Shown: positions 52,590 through 62,920 of the stretch, one piece after another
Layout: each line of letters opens with the position of its first letter
Position numbering within the stretch: the stretch's first letter is position 1
Virus record (IMG/VR): IMGVR_UViG_3300042307_000844
DNA: 64,000 nt
Direction: 5' to 3' (one strand)
Origin: a virus
Lineage: Duplodnaviria > Caudoviricetes
The notes under the pieces: model-generated
Databases searched by the model: none
The model's input: the letters and a program-made list of their open reading frames with translations, nothing else
What the model was told of the DNA's origin: nothing
Position numbers and translations under genes: made by a program

Positions 52590-52844
52590 TTATTTTTCGT
52601 GATATCCACTTGGGGAATGAATGCAACCATGACCGGATGCCGTATTTCCACACCACCTACACTTGTTCTTGCCACTACCATGCTTGTGCTTCTTCACGGG
52701 ACTAAGTGTGCATCCTGCACCATAGCCTGTCTGTCCACAAAATTCACATTTCCTTTCATCATCAAAGTGTTCATGCTTTCCATAAGGGGAAGCGGGACAT
52801 CCTAGACCATATGATGAGGACTGACAGTATCTACATTGGGACAT
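52590..52844 (-). CDS. Cys/His-rich triple-repeat metal-binding protein
   Basis: Three CxxC-x6-GC-x2-SP-x3-H units. Confidence 0.75.
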   Translation of the reverse strand: MSQCRYCQSSSYGLGCPASPYGKHEHFDDERKCEFCGQTGYGAGCTLSPVKKHKHGSGKNKCRWCGNTASGHGCIHSPSGYHEK

Positions 52845-53373
52845 GGTATTATTTAATCTCAAGAATTCTCTTGGCATTCAGTCCCCCGACCTTGTTCGTT
52901 GGGTGATCCTTGCGTGTTGGAAATCTATCATGGACTTCATAGAATGATATAAACGCCGCAATATCCTTATCATTGATATTTCTGCAAGTATCTAACATAT
53001 GTTGTTCTCCGCTTGGTAGAATTACATTATGATAATACCAGAAATCATCATCATCTTCATCACGTTCAATTAAGATGGTGTATTCTCCGATTTTGTAAAT
53101 ATCAGTCATCATATTAATAATATTTTGAGATTAAAGGATGTTGTGTGACATTGACATTGAACTTGATTCGCTTATGCCATCCCCGAATGCGATCACCTTT
53201 GATGTTATGGAAATGCGACACCCTACCGTTCGTGGAGTCGATCACGTTGGAGAAGATGTTGGATGCACTCTTCATACTGGATTGGTAATCCTTGCCTAAA
53301 GATAGGTGATAATACATTTTCCAAATGATGGACTTAATCAGACTGATTGTTGGTTTCATACTTCGATTATACG

Positions 53374-54447
53374 CTAGTTTTTATGGAACTTGTAGTAGAG
53401 TCCTGCTTGGGTTGCGATCATCAGGAGAAATGCCGTGACGATCATCCAAGTCTCTACCACAAATTCATCGTCCTGATATTGCTCCCAATTATGAGGCTTG
53501 TAATTTTTCAGAATTTCCGATTTTATCAAAGGTATGATATTAATATCAATTGGATTATCCAACAAGATCGTCTGAAGATTCATCTTAACCAGTTCCTTAT
53601 CAGTCCATCCAAACACATAAGACCAACCATCACCATAGCATAGAACCAGATCATTCTTCCTACCGTTCTTCCAATGTTGTTGGAATTTCTTGGCAGTATC
53701 AATGCTACCCAATTTGACCATGAGAACATTCACCCCCCTTTGATCATATAGATAGGTATTCATCTTATCCCAATCCCAATGGCTTAGGGGAACACCCCCC
53801 AACAATCGGGATGACTTGAATTTATCATGGTTCGGATAATCAAATAGTCCGTATTGTTGGATTTCATTGTCTGATAGCTTTTCATATCCACGCAATCCCT
53901 TTTGGGTTAGGATTGGATTTAACCACATGGCAGTTCCATTGACCGGATAATCACAAAATTCGGGATCATCAGATACCGTGGAATGATAATCATATCTATC
54001 TCCTGAATCATAATCGGGACGATACCCCAACTCTTTACGAATTCCATGTTGTCTCCCAATGTAATTAAAATATCCTTCCGTGATTTGCATACTACCGATT
54101 GTCGTATCTGCAACCCATGTGGGGGAATGTGTTTTTCTTCTTGTAACCAGTCTTGTATGTGTATGGGATTTACCCTTGGAATCGGTTGTGGTGTATGTCT
54201 CCGTCTCCGTCCATTCAGCCTTCCATTTAGGAGTGTGGACAACCGACATAATCCTACCGGATTCGGTATAAGTATCATGACTCAGGCTACATTGTGATAT
54301 GCCAAAAACAGAGATGATCACAACCAGTGCCGCTCCCACGCTTGTTGCCGATTCCCACAATTCAATTGTGTGGAACTTTTGCCATGAGACAACCCCCGCG
54401 ATCACGGGGATTATCATCAACAGGAATATCCAGTATCCGCTCATCAC
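53374..54447 (-). CDS. Multi-pass membrane protein with extracytoplasmic (TPM-like) domain
   Basis: Two N-terminal TM segments and a C-terminal TM; coupled to the LemA-like gene. Confidence 0.65.
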   Translation of the reverse strand: MMSGYWIFLLMIIPVIAGVVSWQKFHTIELWESATSVGAALVVIISVFGISQCSLSHDTYTESGRIMSVVHTPKWKAEWTETETYTTTDSKGKSHTHTRLVTRRKTHSPTWVADTTIGSMQITEGYFNYIGRQHGIRKELGYRPDYDSGDRYDYHSTVSDDPEFCDYPVNGTAMWLNPILTQKGLRGYEKLSDNEIQQYGLFDYPNHDKFKSSRLLGGVPLSHWDWDKMNTYLYDQRGVNVLMVKLGSIDTAKKFQQHWKNGRKNDLVLCYGDGWSYVFGWTDKELVKMNLQTILLDNPIDINIIPLIKSEILKNYKPHNWEQYQDDEFVVETWMIVTAFLLMIATQAGLYYKFHKN

Positions 54448-55004
54448 TCAACCCAATTGGAATTATCCTCACCAGTGGCAAAATTACCTTCGGTTTCCTT
54501 GGAAGTTACGATGATAATTTCAATTTCCTTTTTACCAAACCATTTCAGAATGGTTCCAGATGGTACGGTTCCAATCATATTATCCGCTTGTCGTTTGATA
54601 TCAACCAATCGTGTTTGTGCCATTTGCCAATCCTTTCGTCCTGCAACCACGATGTTCTGGAGATTCTTCAGCGTTTCAATACCTTGGATACTTGGGACTG
54701 CTTCCGTCACCATACCTACAGTGACAAGTTGACCATCCCCGGCAGTATTACCCCCTCTTGCATCGGCATAACCCGTGATGATATTGGTAAGGGCTTCCAC
54801 TTCCTTGTCCGATACGTTGGCAGCTTCCCGAATGGATTTTCGAGTGTTATCAAGGATATTCTTATTATCCGTTTGTGCTGCTTTTGCAAGATTCTCAAAT
54901 CTTGTGTAAGAGTTGAAGCTTCCCAGAACGGAAACCAAAAGGATTACTCCAAGGAGGATGACACCTCCAAGAACCGACAGTGTTGTAATTAGCGTTTTGC
55001 TCAT
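54444..55004 (-). CDS. LemA-like membrane-anchored protein
   Basis: N-terminal TM, helical body, C-terminal NMIGTVPSGTILKWFG. Confidence 0.6.
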   Translation of the reverse strand: MSKTLITTLSVLGGVILLGVILLVSVLGSFNSYTRFENLAKAAQTDNKNILDNTRKSIREAANVSDKEVEALTNIITGYADARGGNTAGDGQLVTVGMVTEAVPSIQGIETLKNLQNIVVAGRKDWQMAQTRLVDIKRQADNMIGTVPSGTILKWFGKKEIEIIIVTSKETEGNFATGEDNSNWVE

Positions 55005-55386
55005 TGTGTTATTGTGTTCTAGTTTTTAAGAATGTAGTAAGGAAAGCGCATAATTGATTCCGGCATGGTTATGGACACTTATTGGGGGTCATAAGTTACT
55101 GTTCTCCGGAAATGATTCCCCACGTCAGGGACTTTTCAGCTTCGACCATGATCGGGCCGATCCACGTCCGGCGCGTCCGAGTCCATCCGTGATGGTAGTA
55201 GCTAACATCCGTGTGGTAGAAGTCCCGCCCGCTGGATGAGAAGCCGCAGCGTCCCCACCATTTGCCCAGCCACCATATTTTCAGGCACCAGCGGTGTTTC
55301 TTTTCCGCCGTGAGGCAGAGTCCGTTCCATTTTGTGATTCGTATCGTCATATCGTGATTTGTAGGTTGGTTGGTAATTCGGAAGAG

Positions 55387-55481
55387 CGAGAACAAGCCAC
55401 GGCACACGACCGAGACTAGCTCTCCAGTTTCATTTCAAAGGCTTCTCATTGGCTCCCGGCGCGTGCGTTGTGACGTTAGCG
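55387..55481 (-). mobile_element. attC-like site (95 bp)
   Basis: Minus: CGCTAAC-GTCACAACGCACGCGCCG...CGGTCGTGTGCCGTGGCTT-GTTCTCG. Confidence 0.8.
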
Positions 55482-55701
55482 AAGAAATACTCAGCGTCCT
55501 TGCCCAGCTGCTCGATGGCGTCCTCGGCGTTGTCGTCGCAGTGTCCCATGTCCTCCTCTTTTTCGTTTCCAGACGGATCGAGCGGGTAGGTGCTGAACAC
55601 CCATTTTCCGGGCATTCCGTCAGTCCACCCTCCTCGAACGTATTTCCCGCCGGGGCGGATTCCAAGACCTAGACGTTTGGCTTCTTTCTGTATTCGAGCA
55701 T

Positions 55702-55735
55702 TCATGGTCGGCGTGCCTCCACTTGATCGTTCGCC
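55702..55735 (-). mobile_element. Truncated attC (left arm only)
   Basis: GGCGAAC-GATCAAGTGGAGGCACGCCGACC runs straight into the next ATG. Confidence 0.65.
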
Positions 55736-55958
55736 GTATGCTTCGTGTGAGCCGAGTAGATCAGCAGCGCCACGGGAGCGATGCCGAAATGCCACTCGCT
55801 GACATTCCCGCAGAGTCGGCACTTGTAGGTTCCAAGTCCGTCGCCATTGCTCGCCAGCCAGTAGGCTTGATCGTTGAGCATGTCGTGGCACTTCGGGCAG
55901 TAGGTCACGCATCCACAGTTCTGGATGATGTCGCGCTCTCTGCGTGTCCACCGCCAAC

Positions 55959-56087
55959 GGCGAACCAGACGCTGGACCCAACTGCATGGGCCTTCCTGTT
56001 CTTCTCTGAGTTTTCTGTGATTCGGCATATTATTTCTCCGGTTGAGTCTTCCCCCGCCCATGCAGCGGGTCAGCTTGGTCGTTCGTC
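55959..56087 (-). mobile_element. attC-like site (129 bp)
   Basis: Minus: GACGAAC-GACCAAGCTGACCCGCTGCATGGGC...GCCCATGCAGTTGGGTCCAGCGTCTG-GTTCGCC. Confidence 0.85.
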
Positions 56088-56315
56088 GGAAGAAAGGTCA
56101 TCAGCCGCTTGCAGTTTTCGGCGTCCCGGAATCGGTCGTAGATCGCCCACCATTCGGGGTCGGTTTTACCCACGATCAGTGAGAGTTCGTTGCGGCGGTC
56201 GAGTAGTTCGTGATGCCAGATATCGCTTGGATCGTAGCCGAGATTCCACGCGACGTTTTTCTCTATCTGGATTTCCATGCGTTTGAGTTGCATCCGACGT
56301 TTCAAAATCAAAGAC

Positions 56316-56439
56316 GACGAACAAGGCGTGAGAGAGCAACGGGCGGGGTGTTTTGATTTCGTAGTTTTCATGTAGTTATTGAGTCGGGGGCTTCGGCGGT
56401 GCGGCGTTGTCCGCCCGTGCCTCCACATTGGCGTTATGC
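56316..56439 (-). mobile_element. attC-like site (124 bp)
   Basis: Minus: GCATAAC-GCCAATGTGGAGGCACGGGCGG...CCGCCCGTTGCTCTCTCACGCCTT-GTTCGTC. Confidence 0.85.
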
Positions 56440-56525
56440 AGAATGCCAGTCCCCCACTTGGTAGAGCTTCCATTTGCCGTCAGGTCACGCATTTTCGCGG
56501 TGGTTAGTGTTTTATTTATTAAAAA

Positions 56526-56726
56526 GGTGGAGCAAGTGGGTCTTACCCCCACTCTAGGCTGATCATGCCCACAATCTACTCAACATATCTGGCTTTCACC
56601 ACGACTGGCTACTCGATGCGTCAGGAGGAAGGGTTTCGTCTTTCCTTCTTTCTTGCCTGATAAACTAATCCAGAGATACTTCAAGCGACTCTGCTGTGTG
56701 TCTAAGATTTTCCACACCGTTGCTCC
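56526..56726 (-). ncRNA. 201-nt tRNA-like structured RNA
   Basis: GGAGCAA/TTGCTCC-A-CC acceptor, adjacent 5-bp/7-nt arm GTGGG-GGTAAGA-CCCAC, several internal hairpins, followed by a T tract. Confidence 0.7.
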
Positions 56727-56738
56727 ATTGGAAAATTG

Positions 56739-57200
56739 TTAGTCAACGATACCTTCGTTGATTTCGTAGATATTGGAAGGCTTGCCACGGGTTCCGCTAG
56801 GTTTCTTCACCTTGCCTACCACGCTTGCCTTGCCCATCTTGATTAGGGTTTGAAGAAATCCGTTCACATACACGGTATCTACTCCCAGCTTCTCACTCAG
56901 TTCCTTTACTGTTGTTTTCATAATGTTATTGTATTCTAGTTTTTGTTTGATTTTCAGATAGAAATTTGTTGCTCCAATGTTTCGGAAGAATGCTCTATCT
57001 CCTTCGATTGATTCCGGTTCTTGGGTTGTCCAAATGAAAAGGTCTTCCTGATCATCGTCTTCCGGTGCTTGCTCAAATACGATCTTATATTGGTCTTCCC
57101 CAATGTCAACGATTTTTGCGTCCTCCCCAATGGAATCTTTCCAATAGGAGATTTCCAGAGGTTTGTTAAGCAGGGCTTGGGGATTGAATTGGGGGTGCAT
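56739..57200 (-). CDS. Read-through fusion of two array genes; the C-terminal 60 aa (from ATG 56921) is wHTH-like
   Basis: The internal junction reads CAAAAACTAG-AA-TACAAT instead of TAAAAACTA, so there is no stop. Confidence 0.7.
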   Translation of the reverse strand: MHPQFNPQALLNKPLEISYWKDSIGEDAKIVDIGEDQYKIVFEQAPEDDDQEDLFIWTTQEPESIEGDRAFFRNIGATNFYLKIKQKLEYNNIMKTTVKELSEKLGVDTVYVNGFLQTLIKMGKASVVGKVKKPSGTRGKPSNIYEINEGIVD

Positions 57201-59919
57201 TACTTTAATTTTTGTTGAAAATGCTCAACCAATACCATTCGTGGTGCAACCTTAATTTTAACCATATCAACAACACTCATAATAGTAATTGGTATGAATG
57301 CACCTGCAATCACCAACGCCAAAGAGGTAGATATAGAAATTGCTGCTCCTTTGTTGCAATAACCATATTCAAAATTCCAAGCTTTAATACACGGTTTGAT
57401 TAGAAACAGAGAACCAATAATCCAAATGATGCCGATGATTACCGTTATCATATTACCATAGAATGTCCAATTGAGAACTTCCTGACAGTAGAGAGGAGAT
57501 TGTTCGCCAGTGAAGTCAACCAAAGATTGACCCGTCGATTGTAGCCATTGAAGGGCTTCGTTTATTTGTTGTTCGTTATTCATATTGATATTGTATTCTA
57601 GTTTTTAAACAATCACATCAACCAATTCCTGATTGAATTCTTCCCCCAAAGTTAGGATATGTCCCTCAAAAATGAATCGGGCATAATCACCATATTCTTT
57701 CATAAGGTCTTCAATGGAATTAGCTTCCACCCAAGTCTTCTTTGTGATACAATGATGATGTGATCCTGATTGCCAGCGGTCTTCCCAAATTACTGTGTAT
57801 TTCATGTCTTTATTGTATTCTAGTTTTTAAATTCTACGCTTGTGATGTAATCGACATGTTCCTTATTCTCACACTTCACCACGATCATGGGATTTCCCTC
57901 ATGTCTGATATTCTCCCCCACTTGAACACCCCACCCATATTTGTGATGAATGGTATTCATATCGGAAACGAAAAACCCAATCAGATCATTTGGATCAAGA
58001 TTCGGGAGTTCCCATTCAAAGCTATGTATATTAAAGAATACATCTTTTCCAAATTCCTCAAGCCACACATAAGAACTGGATGAATTGAGTTCCGTCTTGA
58101 GAACAGTATATTCCTTTCCAATCTTCAGCTTTTTAGTATCTTCCACCACTGATAGAAACCACGAATTGGTTTTGTTAGTAATGGCTTCGATCTTCTGACC
58201 ATCCTTTGGAAGGCCATGGAGAATCTTGCGGTTGTCAAACATGCTACCCATCAGTCCTTGCCTTGTTGTGATATCCTACCATAGACCTTTCGCGCTCGCT
58301 TGTTGGATGCTTTCGCGTTCCATGCAGTATCGCAAACGTCTCCCTTGAAGATTTTGTTGCCATTGGTTTGCTCATCCAGTGTGCTGCACCATCCTCTTGC
58401 CCGACTTGCCCTTGTTTTTTTATTAGCCATGTTATTTGTTTTTTTCGTTATATGCTTTTGTTGCTCCTTGTTTGTAGAATGGAAAGTGTTCCACAATCAT
58501 TGTAAATTGTTCACCACCCCAACCACAGTCATATATGGACTTCATCCACTTTTCCTGACAAAATGCTTCGGGATGTTCCCCTTGTTGGTTATCATAATAA
58601 CCTTCTTCAAACCATAATTTTTGATACTTTGTCATGTTATATCTTAATTGTTGTAATGTAGTGCCATTGATTCTTGAAGAATGCGAATAAGTCCCAGAAC
58701 TTGTCATTGCTTAGAACAACCTTGTGATCCGTTCCCTCTTCGTAAGCGATCTTACGACATGGAATGAGATTTGCAAGTTCTTTCTGCTTGGTTTGTTGGA
58801 ATTGTTCCAATGTCATATTATGATTTTGAGATTGAGAGAAAGGCAAGCACACCCCCCACCATACAAAGTGTGAGACGGATTGCCCCGATTGTTAAGTCAT
58901 CCATACCAAATTCAATGAAAGTCTTTCGTGTTAAAAAGAACGAGGGGATAAACACGAACATGCCCAACAGGAAGAACATGGGAGTATTCCCAAATCCGCT
59001 ATCCAATGCGAAAGGACGGGAGATAAAGAACGTGCCAACAAGTGCCAATAACATACCAAACAGGCTGAAGAATCCCAGAGGGATGGACATGCCGATAAAG
59101 AATAGGATACAGCCAATGATTATTTGTGGTAGCTTAAACATGTTGCTATTGTATTCTAGTTTTTAACCTTATCTTTAGCCATCTGTTTGAACGTATCCTT
59201 GATAACCTCATGGATCGTGGCAATATCCTCATCAGCCTCTTTGGTTGTGTAATTGGATTCCACCCCAAGTCTCCGTAATTCATTGAACACCATACTACTC
59301 GTTTGTGCGTCAATTTGATGATAGAGAACCCAATACAGACGCTCATCAGCACGAATGTTCTTCAATTTCTGCTTGATTTCATCCCAAGGTTTCCAGTTAT
59401 ATCTGACATCAGCAAGATGGAAATCCTCCACTTCCCCAAGGATTTGTTGGCAACGGTTTGGATCACCCGTTGACCATCCTTGCTCATCCCTTCCCAGAAT
59501 ATGATCCACCACGGATTCCATGACTTCCCCATCGGTGGCAAGCCATGATAGGACTTCTCTCTTCTGTTCCTTGGACATTCCATTGATGATGGTTTCCAAA
59601 GATACGCACAATTTTGTTCCGTTAATTTCAATGTCGGGCATGGGATCAGTGTATTCTAGTTTTTATTCGTTGATTCTTCTTGTGATGATCTGACAATTCT
59701 TGGGATTCGGCAGATCATTGAATTCCTCCACAGTGTTCCCATCAATGTTCTTTCATCCAGCATCGTTTGTTTCCTTTGTTACTCTCTTCAAATATTAAGG
59801 TTGCCTCAATTTGTCCCATTGGCCAACCAGAATCGTAGTATCCAACAGTTACAACGGCGAGTTCTTCCTTGATCACCGACCAAGTTTCTTTTCTGAAAAT
59901 GTTAAAAAATTTCATATTC

Positions 59920-60375
59920 TTATCCCCAAGTGTTATGGACTTCTGCGATATGCTCCATACCATCGTATTCCGCAATAGTGTATTTCACACCATCAGGAAT
60001 TTCCACGATCTTCAGTTCCGCACAATCACCGTTGGCAGCTTCCCCCAACTCTTCCACAGCTTGAATCATAGCAGGATCACTCCTATCGCTTAGTCTTTTA
60101 TCAATGGAGATGGCATCCCATTTCTTGTTATCTGCTTGCCTCTCTTCAATCGTCATTTCACGCCACTCTTTTTCAGATTGGTAATCATTCGGATTGGGAA
60201 CATGGAATGCAAACCAACACCATTCTTCAGCATCATCCTCAATGGGGATGTATTGATTGGTTTTAAAATCATTTTTGAAAAAATAACATTCCTTCCCTTG
60301 AAGTTCCGCCATTCTTCGCACCGCTTTTTTGGAAAGGCTAAACCCCCCAAAACATTTATTTATTACAACTCGCAT
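59920..60375 (-). CDS. Conserved phage hypothetical protein
   Basis: MRVVINKCFGGFSLS...RSDPAMIQAVEELG...LKIVEIPDG...EYDGMEHIAE. Confidence 0.7.
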   Translation of the reverse strand: MRVVINKCFGGFSLSKKAVRRMAELQGKECYFFKNDFKTNQYIPIEDDAEEWCWFAFHVPNPNDYQSEKEWREMTIEERQADNKKWDAISIDKRLSDRSDPAMIQAVEELGEAANGDCAELKIVEIPDGVKYTIAEYDGMEHIAEVHNTWG

Positions 60376-60598
60376 TTTATTATTTTTTATTTTCAAATTC
60401 CCACAAATAACCACCACAATGACGGGTTTTGCCACTTAGATGATTTGACATACTAGAACTATTTAAATTCAGATCGACGCAAGCATCCTTGGTAGATTCC
60501 CATCTTCTAATAAAAGAATGTTCAATATCATACTGAATGATGGGTTTTTTATTTTTTTAGTCACCTGAACTCTGTAATAATCGTGTTCTTCCATAATA

Positions 60599-61558
60599 TT
60601 ATTTCGTTAAATGTTTGTGTAATTTCTGACATTCTTGTGCGATTTTCCAGACAGCGTTCACACCCCTGCCAAATTTCTGCATCTTACCCTCTCCAACAAG
60701 CTCCCGAAGGAGAATGCCAGCGGTTTGACCGGACACCTCAAGCTTATCACACACCCGATCCAGAGTCAAGTGAGGAGGTTCATCCATATTGAGAATTTCT
60801 TCCTTGCGAATCTCCGCAGTGGGAGTCTTATTCTTCTTAGGCTTTTCAGCTTCCACAGGAGCAACATAAGCACCCTTGAAGTCAAATCCCTTGGAAGTCA
60901 TCATTGCCATGTGAATCTTGGTTTCCCCGAAGCGATTCTTATATACATGGAAGAGACGCATGGAATCATCCTCCTTATCCACCGTGACTTTCATGTTCAC
61001 ATCCACGGCATGGATGATATCGGTTCCTCCCTTGGGAAGACCTTGGGTTGTGATATGGAGAACGAACACCAGAACGCATCCGGTTTCCTTGGCAGTTGAT
61101 AGAAGCAAATCTTGTGCGTATTGGTAGAATTCCCTCTTCTTCATTTTAGAATTGGAAGAACGAAGGGCTTGAAAGCTATCCACCACCATGAAATCGTAAT
61201 CAGACATGGCTTCCGCAATATCCTCCACGTTGCTGATATGGGCAACATCAACATCCGTAACACCCAAACGCTTGCAAGCATAGGCGATTTGAAGATGGGA
61301 TTCCTCGCCAGAAGCAATGGCAGCACGTTTACCTTGGGTGGTAAGCATTTGAGCTATTTGACACAGTGCGGTAGATTTTCCAGAACCTCCAACGCCACAG
61401 ATGGAGATTGCACTACCAGACATAAAGCCGGAAAGATGTTCAGTGCCAAACATCATGTCAATTTCGGAACATCCCGTAGTCATCCTATTGAAGTAGGAAT
61501 CGGGAATCTCGATTGAGGAGCATTTGGCGAATTTGGTTTCTAGCGTGTTAATCTGCAT
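60599..61558 (-). CDS. RadA/Sms-like RecA-fold ATPase with C-terminal wHTH
   Basis: Walker A GVGGSGKST, SGEES, MVVDSFQ, IHAVDV, YKNRFG; lacks the RadA Zn finger and Lon domain. Confidence 0.8.
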   Translation of the reverse strand: MQINTLETKFAKCSSIEIPDSYFNRMTTGCSEIDMMFGTEHLSGFMSGSAISICGVGGSGKSTALCQIAQMLTTQGKRAAIASGEESHLQIAYACKRLGVTDVDVAHISNVEDIAEAMSDYDFMVVDSFQALRSSNSKMKKREFYQYAQDLLLSTAKETGCVLVFVLHITTQGLPKGGTDIIHAVDVNMKVTVDKEDDSMRLFHVYKNRFGETKIHMAMMTSKGFDFKGAYVAPVEAEKPKKNKTPTAEIRKEEILNMDEPPHLTLDRVCDKLEVSGQTAGILLRELVGEGKMQKFGRGVNAVWKIAQECQKLHKHLTK

Positions 61559-61579
61559 GGGGGTATTGTGTTCTAGTTT

Positions 61580-62014
61580 TTAAGAATCGGCAAGCAGCTT
61601 TTCAATTATCGGATGAAGTGCCTCTGCTCCCTCGTAAACAATGGTCGTTTTAAATACTCCCCTGAATGTTTCAAATATTCCATGACGCATTGCAGGTTCT
61701 TTCACTCTGGTATGTTCAAAAGTGTTGTTCAAATCAGCAATTGTTTTGGTTGCTAAAATCCAACAAACCATATCTAAGGGATGGAGAGGGATAAAATTCA
61801 CTTTATATTCTCCAAATTGTGTTATAAAACCCTCAAAGTATTCACTTTCCTTGATATTATCACATTTGTCTTTAATATCCGCTATTAAATGGTTGGGAAT
61901 ACAAACATCCCAATCACTCCCTTCTCTTGGGAATCCCATGGCTCTACTTCCAGATAAAAATGCCGTATTTGGTAAATTGAATCTGTTTATAATTTCTTCA
62001 GGTATCTTGATCAT
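61580..62014 (-). CDS. Pol-beta-family minimal nucleotidyltransferase-like protein
   Basis: FLSGSRAMG...SDWDVC (GS...DxD). Confidence 0.7.
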   Translation of the reverse strand: MIKIPEEIINRFNLPNTAFLSGSRAMGFPREGSDWDVCIPNHLIADIKDKCDNIKESEYFEGFITQFGEYKVNFIPLHPLDMVCWILATKTIADLNNTFEHTRVKEPAMRHGIFETFRGVFKTTIVYEGAEALHPIIEKLLADS

Positions 62015-62920
62015 AATTTCGTGAATGATTCCAATAATTCATTCCATTCAAAATCCTCCAGATCACCCTTAACAGACTTCATCAGGATTTTGATCAATTC
62101 CAACGTGAAACCCACATCCTTGTATGCAGCATCAATTTCCGTGATGAATTCCAGACACTCACCTCTGGTCAATTCTCTCTTGATTGTTATAGGCTCAATA
62201 TTAACGTATGCTTGAATATTCATTTTTCTTGATATTCTGAGATAATCCCGACATTGATAATGTCGTTGATAACACTTTCCGCAAGCCTAATTGCCGAATC
62301 TTTTGTGAAACATTGGACACGATGCGTCATGCGCGATTTGTTATTGAAGATAATTACAGGGTAAAATCCAGTCTTTGTTTTGCGATAACTTGCTTTCATG
62401 GTATCGGTGTAGTCTAGTTTTTAAGAGAAATCATTCCGATTGTAGATCAATAAAGTCTTTTAATATTGCCGTCACTTCTTCAAGATTTGTAGCTTGATCG
62501 GCTCTTGTTTTAAGAGCTTCAATCTTGTTTGTTTTAATCCTAGCCTCAGTTCCATGAACTGGACAATTCGGGTCTTCTGCAATCCAAGGTCCACCAATTT
62601 TATAACAATCACACATAATTCAAAATATTGTGTCCCGATTTTCTATTCTCCAAATTGGTAATTTCGGCTTTCAATTTTTTGATCTCTACATCTTTATGAT
62701 ATTGGTTTCCGCTGGTATTCCCCTTGCCAAGATCAACCACTTTGATCAGTCCCTTATAACTCTTTGACATCAACAGTGGCCATTCGTCCACCCCCTCATC
62801 GTTTTTACATTTACATGCTTCACACATCAAATCCATTAGATTATCCCAAAGTTCTTTGGATGTGTTACCATCAAGTTCGATATAAAGTTCTTGCTTCATG
62901 TCCTGAGTGTGATCTAGTTT

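Larger units (their letters stand above)
55096..56480 (-). mobile_element. GC-rich island of integron-type gene cassettes (CALIN-like, no integrase in the window)
   Basis: ORFs 56030-56371, 55702-56028, 55430-55705 and 55096-55350 are separated by attC-like inverted repeats; the island is visibly GC-richer than its flanks. Confidence 0.8.
29224..62899 (-). other. Array of more than 100 small early hypothetical genes, mostly 50-190 aa
   Basis: Minus-strand ORFs starting at the motif, e.g. 29224-29433, 30090-30338, 30393-30680, 31607-31846, 32485-32856, 36131-36475, 38505-38786, 41590-41922, 43775-44200, 44234-44638, 45275-46042, 47295-47798, 48491-49054, 51357-51695, 57820-58251, 59156-59641, 62609-62899. 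Plus-strand ORFs here are antisense shadows. Confidence 0.85.

Noticed and set aside
56526-56726. Canonical tmRNA (ssrA)
   Set aside because: No G3:U70 pair, no TTCRA loop, short length and no clear pseudoknots; kept as a tRNA-like ncRNA candidate instead.
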